A stretch of 64,000 bases of DNA from Bacteroidetes bacterium GWF2_33_38. Its GTDB lineage: Bacteria; Bacteroidota; Bacteroidia; Bacteroidales; GWF2-33-38. The position numbers and the translations under genes are program-made. A model generated the notes under the pieces. The model made no database searches and was not told the DNA's origin. It saw only the letters and a program-made list of their open reading frames with translations. The stretch lies in assembly GCA_001769505.1 (NCBI GenBank), contig MEOF01000045.1:42718-106717 (forward strand). Direction: 5' to 3'. This document shows positions 59,301 through 64,000 of this stretch, one piece after another (the stretch's first letter is position 1; every line of letters begins with the position of its first letter).

Positions 59301-61338
59301 TCGTGGAATAGTTAAAATATCAACTGCAAGTAGTTTTGGGGACGGTGATTACCTATTGATGGGGCATGATAACGGAGATTTGACAACTTGGACAGCAACA
59401 GATGCTCCTACGGGCTCTCAAACTATGCGTATGGCTAGAGCATGGCGTTTTGATGAAACAAATGAAATAGGAACTATAACAGTCGAAGTAGATGCATCAA
59501 CGCTTCCTGCTATTCCTGCCGGAAATATTATGTTGCTTGTTGTCGATAGCGATAATGACGGTGTATTTGCTACCGGGCGAACAATTTATCCGATGGAAAA
59601 TGTGAGTGGGTCGCTTTGGGATGCAGACAATGTAGATATAACAAATGACAATAGATTTTGTATTGCATATGGAAGAAATATTTCTCAACAAACAGGAAAT
59701 TTCAACGATCCTGCAACTTGGTTGTTAAGTTCAGTTCCAGGAACAGGAGAGCCAGCAGTAATAGATATTCCGCATGTTGTTACATTAACTGCTCATCAAA
59801 CAGTGGGCTCTGTTGATATACTCGCTGGAGGAGAACTTGCTTTAGGAACTTTTACCTTATCGTTGGATAACGGAACAATTTCAAATGCAGGAACTTTTAC
59901 TCCAAATACAGGAACCGTGAGATATGCTGAAGCTGGTGCACAACAAATTGCTGATGTTCAATATTACAACTTAACTACAGCCGGTACAGGAACAAAAACA
60001 TTGAATAATCATCTTGATATTGACGGAAATTTGACGATAGGTTTAGGAACAACGATTGATGTTGCAACATTTGACATTAATATTGGTGGCAATTGGTCTA
60101 ATTCAGGGTCTTTCGTTGAAAGTTCTAGAACAGTTACATTTGATGGAGGTCTTGGACAAACAATTTCAAATCCAGAAACATTCAATAATCTTACAATTAA
60201 CAAATCTGGAGGAGATATTTCATTGTCACAAAGTATTGTTGTCAATGGTCAGATGGATTTTAGTGCAGGAGATATTGTATTAGGATCATGGAATATCACT
60301 ACAGGGAACTCAGCTTCAATAATTAATGGAAGCGGAACATCGTATATTCAAGCAGATGGAAATGGAAAATTGGTTAGAAATTTTTCAGCTACACCAACAA
60401 CATTGTTTTATCCGCTTGGAGATGTTGATGAGTATAGTCCAATGACAATTACGATGAATTCAGGTACGCTCGTTTCTTCTAATATTTCTGTTAATCTGAG
60501 AGATGTAGTTCATCCAAACTTACTTCCTACTGGAGCATTTATAACAAGATACTGGACTGTTACACCGAGTGGGATAACAACTCCAAATTATGATATTGCA
60601 TTGACATATTTAGATGCAGATATTTCTGGAACAGAAGCAGATATCTACCCTGCTAAATATTCAAGCAGTGCATGGTCGAGAGGTACTATTGCAGCTGTTG
60701 TTGCAACAAATATATTGAATTGGACGGGAGTTACTTCATTTAGCGACCACACAGGAGGAAGTCTTTCGGCATTACCAATAGAATTGATTGCTTTCAATGT
60801 AAAAGAATTTGAAAAATTTGTTAATGTTTCTTGGATTACAGCTACAGAAATTAATAACGATTATTTTACAATCGAGAGAACAAGCGATTTTGAAAATATT
60901 CAGGAAATTGCAGAAGTTGATGGAGCTGGAAATAGCAATGTATTTTTGGAATATAGATATATTGATGAAGAACCATTGACAGGAATATCATACTATAGAT
61001 TAAAGCAAACTGATTTTGATGGAAAATCAACTTACTCTGATTGGGTGTCAGTTTTGTTAGGTATTGATGGTCGCATGGAGTTTAAGGTATATCCAAATCC
61101 AGTTCTGAAAAATCAGCCTTTATTTGTTCAATTTAATGGATTAGAAGAACACGAAGAAGTTCTAGTTGTTGTTAGAGATATTTTAGGCAATGCAAAATAT
61201 AGTAAAGTTTTTGTAACGGAAGAAACTGAAGATTATGTTTTTGCGATTGATCAGTTAAATAATTTGAGTTCAGGAGTTTACATAATCATTGGAACGTCTA
61301 AAAATGAAATGTATTATAAGAAAATAGTGATAAAATAG
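47350..61338 (+). CDS. Giant (4662 aa) modular T9SS-secreted surface protein: 6 LamG-like modules, 15 Calx-beta domains, a C-terminal beta-rich region and a sorting domain
   Basis: Signal peptide (MKSRLLLTVLILFCATGLRAQ; start possibly at 47377). GPGGVG...W(L)RAD...QW.D.SGN...RFDG LamG-like motifs. Calx-beta motifs (VDYT...GT.TI..G....I...I.DD...E..E.). T9SS C-terminal domain. Confidence 0.9.
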   Translation: MNLRSKHINMKSRLLLTVLILFCATGLRAQDGPGGVGTSANNIQWLRADKIASNPADGTTITQWDDQSGNNWHATIGAGINEPTFESGILNGKPILRFDGTQDYMDFDANVETQLSGNNYSIFSVGAKRTLNAYDLFIGGSSNGTNQSLLFGIGNSTTRFWLGQVNNNLWGALISGESGTDINTFGLFSGFLDNAVGHKIYQNGSLLNSNTNLTQLSGFPNPYLARYRATYYEVDIAEMIIYNSSVNTAQRKIIDNYLAAKYGITIANDYFAYEASHPNELAGIGRDDALNLHNDAKGSGIARVDNPSDLGDGEYFLFGHDNQSIASWSTSDCPTTDIRRLIREWRISHVGNVGTVDFTFYTTQVGSVLPALAPAAYTKYVVLVDADGDFTSGASVYEAVDVGGGNYKASGLTIPDGYFMTFGEIIPKIQFRLAASSGLESVLTPNLDIDLNYIAGSSVDVDYTTASGTATEGAACSDDFNDLTATATILSGTSSISVALDICDDANPESDEAFTITLSGPTGGVNLGTNTINTYTILANDMGRLIEFQGISSSGNESFTPITINVEVDVIDAAPTTVDYIVTGSATAGGVDYTLASGTLTIPAGQSLANPPISIVINNDVINENTETVVITLLNPSGTDVCLGSDIEYTYSIIDDDSQPTLQFQLSSDASSEDAGTVNINVQLSAVSGRDVSVDYLVSGTAIGGGADYTALSSGTLVIPAGNLSKNISALIIDDSNIEVDESIILSLSNPSGASLGTNDVHTSMINDNDFFGWTGPGGVGDAVTNSMWLRADKGTSTTTDGNTFDQWDDQSGNTNSSFQTTANNMPTFKTNVLNAKPVVRFDGTNDFMNIDPVLSGGDGLDELLNTSYTVMLVGARRRNVVNYFFGGSSTNNNEQLMMGWNNLTPLRFQLNQYGNAVTVTGPATTSLDQYALFGGLYNSTLGHYLYENGTQMASNTNTVGLNAYPDPYLGRRQGTYYEVDIAEMLIYNQDLSSCQRIIVENYLGAKYGLSVANTRYVYASQHPNDVAGIGRVSAFDMHTAAKGSGILKIGNASALDNGDYFLFGHNGGSIASFTTTEAPTDVERVTREWRADQTGDVGTVSVSLYNDQIDDDFIAFDPSLIPVIMIDADGDFSSGASLIEMIDMGDWGDGLGNFYQAYNVTIPDGYYFTFGQVDPKIQFTLSSSGGQEDEATVDIEVSLNYSPYINVDVDYAVSGGDAVGAGTDYTLASGTLTIVSGTNSNTFSISVVDDPDVENTETIDIELTNPSWPAMLGLNTVHTYSIFDNDLAKKVQFATITNTADEAFTPLTVTVELVGGTGNPTTVDFVASGTATNGVDYTIVTASPLSIGAGLTTATITININDDAIYENAETIILTLSNPSIDANLGTDLVYTYNLLDNDLSPTVQFTYSESSGSEGTTYPTFQITQSAASGSATTVNYTVTGTASNGGIDYTLSDGIATISAGSTTVTVNPVVSDDALIENPETIIITLIGVTGATLGTNVIYTYTILDNEFWGYTGPGGVGDANFNTLWLKADDGTSTTSDGAFMDTWSDKSGNGNDYSNAGGTSDDPLYVVNGLNSRPIIRFDGGSDYLEETDGVSDILGGSYAIFAVAARRLADGAAKVILGGSSTTDHLLFYWLDITGTNFRLRQNVAGAATNLDVTVSNVASEFSILSGFSSTVNGKSIYGNGTLLGSNIAQTNQLTTYPNPYIARYTTTYYPIDVAEIIQFNTDLGTTKRNIVDNYLAAKYNTTISNDKYAYQANHGSEVAGLGKESSIDLHTTTQGSGIVRISDADNLDNSEYLFFGHDGSSIASWTTTEAPSDVERLAREWRVDHDGGNVGTISLSLETSSLLAPSGGYTKRVVLVDADGDFTSGAIIYEMEVADGTYYKATGVDVPDGYYITFGNLIPKVQFVSATSSDFENVSNPTIQLYLNYIPCTSVTVDYSAADGTAFGGGVDYTLALGTATIVYGTTTALISPTIFNDVVVESSENFTITLNSASGGVQIGTTNIHTYTINDDDSPRQIYFAITGASGDESFSTINVTVQINLVDATNPTAVDYTVTGTASGIGVDYTLASGTAQVDATFTTTSLTITVNNDLLDEGDETVIITLSNPTNSILGANQVYTYTIVDNDSEPTVEFSLATSLGSEGATPASVVVSLSAISGQDVTVNYDVNVGSTATGSGTDYSLANGILTIPAGSLTANISIGITDDALVETTETIVIDLSSPSGAGLDAITQHTFSIIDNDDIGFVGPGGVGNSNNLSIWYLPELEAYGNGANVTSLTDYSGNANDATAPGGNEPVFQTNIVNSLPIVRFTQANSDYLNYNYGAGTSVDNSSYSIYSVAQRNTNVNGDVLPIFGGPNNNANEYVYLAWVDRSGDNPDIRFSQNGAGVCSGNWDHVNGTFNIISGTFDVIGGRNFYNNSATVVTNANTVVIGSVPNPPCIGRQNANYADFDAAELFQYHIKLNDAQRIIVDNYLSSKYAIAVGGNDRFAIADETTYRHQVIGIGREDASNFHTAAQGRGIVKIWNSNSLDNADYLLLGHDNAVMAWTATGAPASTELCGRVWRFDETGDIGEITISVDNATIDALGGLGAYSGYALILSTDNDFSTTGDQTLFELNTNGSYYEALNATIGGDKYMTVVRCNKTVEFSLASSSGGENMSPASITVELNFVPQTDITVSYTVADVTATGGGIDYTLANGTVVINAYNTTATIEPSILYDVINPEADEDFTITLTGADNGVVVGTTDEHTFTITNVANNLTVDFQQVTSSGDESFTSINLVVTLNGVYTSDIDIDYAVTGGTAVDPDDYGLVAGTVTILAGNLTVNIPISIVDDAVDESNETIDVTISNPEAPSILGTQLIHTYTITDNDPSPTIQFTSASGSGTEAVPNPAIEISMSAATGQDITVDYTVTGGTATGGGSDYTLANGTATIVAGATTVDILPIIVYTATTELSETIIITLSNPIGATLGANSTFVFTIIDIDDFGITGPGGVGDANNNKIWYKADNGPSSTVDGSLVSQWSDVSGNTIHATQATTTNQPTYIQNGVGGKPVLRFDGTSDYFFYSPTFVELANYTIVSVAARRSSSVFNTILGSSSNTASRYLRFGWTSDNRFNFQTDNNVVNALITQTGLNVFNVYSGVFNNAVGTGKNVYENNTIPTSGTNTLAINTVSPSFNGTPYIGNWRGTYAAVDIAEIVMYNTNLNTAQLKIVNSYLAAKYSLTISNDKFTYDATHRNDVAGIGRDNISNYHTAARGPGIIKISSPNSLDDGDYMLWGHDNGSIASWVSTDVPTDVQRLSREWRFDQTGNVGTLTFTVYDLAGAIAVPVGTKPIVMVDSDGDFTAGAILYELSDIGGDDYEATSVTIADGYYVAVGCITPKVQFTLTTSSGNEPTSSPNLQITLNYIPNAAITVNYSVSNITATGGGVDYTLASPGTVIISAGAQTANITPTIVNDVFAEANETFSVTLTGATAPVIIGTNAMNTFTIVDDDNARIIQFSSTSSTADESLSPSLTIQIDNIDAVNPTTVNYTITGTANGSDYTIIDGIATIIAGNNNTTISLGILDDAVYEVNETVIITLSSPTNAGLGTNYIYTYTIIDNDTPPTIAFTISTSNGSEETTPVLLEISLSAVSGAETSVFYTVSGGTATGGGTDYTLANGTATVTAGALTGTISILITNDLTIETDETIIITLSAPSGATLGVITVHTFTIIDDDNIGITGPGGVGDQNYNNLWLCDPVAGSITTWSDISGNGNNAVQATVANKPTLNAGTVASNNKPFLYFDNSVGGTASDDYMTYSYAVGTDIAATPHTVFAVGARVTNVANYILGGTATNYWDLRLGWSNTEITSPNILFDQTIAATRAQGQSTKVTGTFSVLTGRASSTTGKSLLEDGYTRGTVANNTLLTQTTTPYIARYGGTYYRVNVAEIIQYKTALNTAQRRIVENYLGAKFALTNSNDLFAYDATFGNEVIGIGRENSTNFHNAAQGRGIVKISTASSFGDGDYLLMGHDNGDLTTWTATDAPTGSQTMRMARAWRFDETNEIGTITVEVDASTLPAIPAGNIMLLVVDSDNDGVFATGRTIYPMENVSGSLWDADNVDITNDNRFCIAYGRNISQQTGNFNDPATWLLSSVPGTGEPAVIDIPHVVTLTAHQTVGSVDILAGGELALGTFTLSLDNGTISNAGTFTPNTGTVRYAEAGAQQIADVQYYNLTTAGTGTKTLNNHLDIDGNLTIGLGTTIDVATFDINIGGNWSNSGSFVESSRTVTFDGGLGQTISNPETFNNLTINKSGGDISLSQSIVVNGQMDFSAGDIVLGSWNITTGNSASIINGSGTSYIQADGNGKLVRNFSATPTTLFYPLGDVDEYSPMTITMNSGTLVSSNISVNLRDVVHPNLLPTGAFITRYWTVTPSGITTPNYDIALTYLDADISGTEADIYPAKYSSSAWSRGTIAAVVATNILNWTGVTSFSDHTGGSLSALPIELIAFNVKEFEKFVNVSWITATEINNDYFTIERTSDFENIQEIAEVDGAGNSNVFLEYRYIDEEPLTGISYYRLKQTDFDGKSTYSDWVSVLLGIDGRMEFKVYPNPVLKNQPLFVQFNGLEEHEEVLVVVRDILGNAKYSKVFVTEETEDYVFAIDQLNNLSSGVYIIIGTSKNEMYYKKIVIK
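47443..59690 (+). repeat. Tandem coding modules of ~2.2 kb (5 complete + 1 partial)
   Basis: GPGGVG codon blocks start at 47443, 49675, 51901, 54103, 56317 and 58504, giving periods of 2232, 2226, 2202, 2214 and 2187 nt. The copies are diverged, not recent. Confidence 0.9.
61075..61335 (+). other. T9SS (Por) C-terminal sorting domain of the giant protein
   Basis: MEFKVYPNPVLKNQPLFVQF...GVYIIIGTSKNEMYYKKIVIK has the type-A CTD pattern (YPNP start, terminal K-(I/L)-(V/I)-(I/K)). Confidence 0.8.
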
Positions 61339-61350
61339 TATATATTCGGC

Positions 61351-61387
61351 AATGTTTCTGTCAGTTATTTGACATAGATGTTTTTTT
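61351..61387 (+). terminator. Intrinsic terminator after the giant gene
   Basis: 13-bp stem (61351-61363 with 61370-61382; 3 G:U pairs, 1 mismatch), 6-nt loop, then a T-run to 61387. Confidence 0.55.
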
Positions 61388-61580
61388 GCTTGATTAATGG
61401 TGAAATTATTAGGATTATTAATTACTATAATTTAGTATTTGGCTTAAAAACAGTCTGTTGCAAATTAATCGTTAATTTATTCTCTTTGGTAAGATAAATA
61501 ATCAATTAGCTCAAATATTTATTACTCAGAAAGTTTAATTACGTATATTAAATAATGTTGTTAAATTTGCTATAGAAAAA

Positions 61581-64000
61581 ATGAACCAGATGAGATCAAT
61601 TATAGTAATAATTCTAATTTTAATTGCACTAAATGCTTTTTCACAATCAGGTCCCGGTGGGGTCGGAAACACATCTAATAACAAAGTGTGGCTTCGAGCT
61701 GATAAAGGCGTTTATATAGATGCTGGTATCACTCCTGCAAACAACAGCGAAGCGGTTCAGCAATGGAACGACCAGAGTGGTAATAATTACCATGTTTCTC
61801 AGGCAACACTGAATAATAAACCCTTATTCATATCCAGTTCCGTAAACCTCAATAATAAATCCTCGCTTTCTTTTGACGGATTAACAGCACAAAATGACTA
61901 TTTGCAAAATACATCTTTTTCAGGAATTTTTGGAGGTGCAAATTCTCAGCAAATAACAGCAATTTCAGTTGTTAGACATAATACGGGTGACGCCGATCAT
62001 GCTATATTTGAAATCAGTAATGGTGTTACTTATAATACAGGTGTATCTCATTTATTAGCAGGAACTACATTTTATTCTAGAATGGTATGTTCTGGAGCAG
62101 ATGATGTTACAAGTGCAATTACTCTACCAAAAAACGGAATTCACACTCAAATAAAAAATACTACTGATGCAAAACATTACTATTTCCTTAACAGTAGTGA
62201 ACTTGGTCGAGTGAATGGTCCAGGCACTTTTACGAATGCACTTACAACGTTGAATATAGGGACTCTTCAAAATTACGCACAATGGAGTTTAAAAGGCGAA
62301 TTGGCTGAATTTATTGTTTATAATTCCGAATTAAATGATGCACAAAGAATAATTGTCGAGAATTACTTATCGTCGAAATACGGTATTGTATTGACAGCAA
62401 ATGATAAATACGCATTTGATGCAGTTCATGGAAATGATGTATCTGGTATTGGTCAAGAAGTATCTGGCTCAAATACTGATGCTATTTCAGCAGAAATTTT
62501 AGAGGTAAGTAATGCAAGTAGCATCAATAATGGTCGTTATTTATTATTTGGACACGACGGAGCGGATATTAGCTCATGGACAACAAGTGATTGTCCTGAT
62601 GCGGGAGTTAATGTTCAAAGAATAGCAAGAGAGTGGCGATTTGATAAAACTAATAATGTAGGAACAGTAAAAATTACAATCCCCGACACGGCATTGCTAC
62701 CTGCAAAACCCGATGGATACTCTCAATATGTTTTGTTAATTGACAATGATGGTGATTTTACTAATGGAGCCTTGCAATATTCACTAACCACAAATGGTGC
62801 TGGAGTTGAAGTTCCAGGAGTTTCTTTATCAGATGGAGATTACATAAGTTTTGGTATTATTAAACCTGTTGTTCTGTTCCTTTTTGCAGGATTAAATGAT
62901 TCTGAGTCTGCAACTCCTGCTTTAATAGATGTTGTAATGAACTATTATCTTGCAAGAGATATTACATTTACTTTTAATACTGGCGGAGATGCTGACGACG
63001 GGGTAGATTATTCAATACCTGGAGGGACAACCGTTACTATTTTTGCAGGAAATACTTCAGCCAGCATTAGTGTTGATATTACAAACGACACAGATATTGA
63101 ACCTGACGAAAGTATTGTTTTCAATCTTTTTTCTGCTTCATGGGGAGTTACAATTGGTGATGTTGCCGTTCATACTTATACAATTAATGATGATGATAAT
63201 GCAAGAAAAATTGAATTTTCTTCTGTCGGATCAAATAATACTGAAGACATTACGCCAATTACGGTAACTATTGAAATCAACGCCGTTGATGCTTTTAATC
63301 CCACATATGTTGATTACACGGTTACAGGAGGAACAGCCTTAGGTTCTGGTGATGACTTTACTCTTGTAAATGGAACTGCAACGATCCCAGCTGGTTCACT
63401 TAGTACTACTTTTGACATTACGATTGTAGAAGATGCCATCGACGAAGTTGATGAAGATATTGTTATAACACTCTCAAATCCCTCTAATGCTTCCCTTGGT
63501 ATTAATACAACTTACTCTTATATTATTGAAGATAACGATAGCGAACCAGAGGTCGAATTTACGTATTCAATTTCTAGTTACTATGAAAGTAGCACTACGG
63601 CATTTATTGAAGTCAACCTATCAAACGAATCAGGTCAGGATGTTATGGTGAATTATGAGGTTACAGGTGGAACAGCTGTTGGTGGTTATACAGATTACTT
63701 TTTCGCTGATGGAACATTGATAATTCCTGCTGGTGATGTTTCAGCAAACATTGATTTTACTGTAATAGACGATGGTTCAATTGAGCCTGATGAAACAATA
63801 GAAGTAACATTATCTGGTGAGGTTTCTGCAACACTTGGAGCGAATTCTGTTCATACTTACACTATATCAGATAACGATAATCTAAGTTATAAAGGACCAG
63901 GAGGCGTTGGAGATGAAACAACAAATAAGCTGTGGCTGCGGGGTGATGTAGGTGTATATTCCGATGCAGGCTCAACAGCAGCAACAAACGGAGGAACAGT
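61581..64000 (+). CDS. Second giant LamG/Calx-beta surface protein, paralogue of 47350-61338; 3' end beyond the window and not in the supplied ORF track
   Basis: My hand translation from the ATG at 61581: MNQMRSIIVIILILIALNAFSQSGPGGVGNTSNNKVWLRADKG...QQWNDQSGNNYH... (signal peptide plus LamG-like start). A second in-frame GPGGVGDETTNKLWLRGD begins at 63894. I saw no stop in the stretches I translated. Confidence 0.85.
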   Translation, partial: MNQMRSIIVIILILIALNAFSQSGPGGVGNTSNNKVWLRADKGVYIDAGITPANNSEAVQQWNDQSGNNYHVSQATLNNKPLFISSSVNLNNKSSLSFDGLTAQNDYLQNTSFSGIFGGANSQQITAISVVRHNTGDADHAIFEISNGVTYNTGVSHLLAGTTFYSRMVCSGADDVTSAITLPKNGIHTQIKNTTDAKHYYFLNSSELGRVNGPGTFTNALTTLNIGTLQNYAQWSLKGELAEFIVYNSELNDAQRIIVENYLSSKYGIVLTANDKYAFDAVHGNDVSGIGQEVSGSNTDAISAEILEVSNASSINNGRYLLFGHDGADISSWTTSDCPDAGVNVQRIAREWRFDKTNNVGTVKITIPDTALLPAKPDGYSQYVLLIDNDGDFTNGALQYSLTTNGAGVEVPGVSLSDGDYISFGIIKPVVLFLFAGLNDSESATPALIDVVMNYYLARDITFTFNTGGDADDGVDYSIPGGTTVTIFAGNTSASISVDITNDTDIEPDESIVFNLFSASWGVTIGDVAVHTYTINDDDNARKIEFSSVGSNNTEDITPITVTIEINAVDAFNPTYVDYTVTGGTALGSGDDFTLVNGTATIPAGSLSTTFDITIVEDAIDEVDEDIVITLSNPSNASLGINTTYSYIIEDNDSEPEVEFTYSISSYYESSTTAFIEVNLSNESGQDVMVNYEVTGGTAVGGYTDYFFADGTLIIPAGDVSANIDFTVIDDGSIEPDETIEVTLSGEVSATLGANSVHTYTISDNDNLSYKGPGGVGDETTNKLWLRGDVGVYSDAGSTAATNGGT

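Overview
This is a low-GC, Bacteroidota-style chromosomal segment. All protein family calls come from motif recognition in the supplied translations; I ran no database search.

Layout:
- (1) 1-10.4 kb: the 3' part of a biotin carboxylase gene plus a biotin-carrier gene. A minus-strand housekeeping run follows (O-methyltransferase, M16 peptidase, rsmI, M28 peptidase, one hypothetical), with tRNA-Phe(GAA). Then comes an sdhC-sdhA-sdhB operon, interrupted between sdhA and sdhB by a four-helix-bundle (23S-rRNA-IVS/Avd family) gene.
- (2) 10.35-11.29 kb: a 940-bp gene-free region dense in palindromes and repeats.
- (3) 11.3-45.6 kb: a ~34-kb surface-glycan (O-antigen/capsule-like) locus, entirely on the plus strand. 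It holds a legionaminic-acid-type nonulosonic acid gene set (LegC-like aminotransferase, NeuD-like acetyltransferase, NeuB, NeuC, CBS-nucleotidyltransferase, NeuA). It also holds a GDP-mannose-dehydratase-initiated amino-sugar set with methyltransferases, an ATP-grasp ligase and GNATs, plus Wzx, Wzy and several glycosyltransferases.
- (4) rmuC on the minus strand.
- (5) A 4662-aa modular T9SS-type surface protein (47350-61338), followed by a second paralogous giant gene (from 61581). That gene runs off the window and is absent from the ORF track.

Main observations:
- (a) Three four-helix-bundle cassettes share one architecture: a purine-rich word array, the ORF, then a complementary word array. 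Each fills an intergenic gap inside an operon, and each looks decayed in a different way.
- (b) Two duplicated gene-end remnants sit in the glycan locus: a legC 3' end and a neuB 5' end, ~81-84% identical to the intact copies and differing largely (neuB almost entirely) at synonymous sites. They bracket inserted genes: an AlbA_2/Schlafen-like gene, and a DUF1016 nuclease with three tailoring enzymes.
- (c) A family of ~112-124-bp intergenic repeats carries two 15-bp AACTTTGNCAAAGTT palindromes and a conserved CGAACTAT tail. A copy precedes each block of the glycan locus.
- (d) The giant proteins consist of ~2.2-kb tandem coding modules (LamG-like domain + unassigned domain + 3 Calx-beta).

I found no CRISPR array, rRNA, transposase, integrase or reverse transcriptase.
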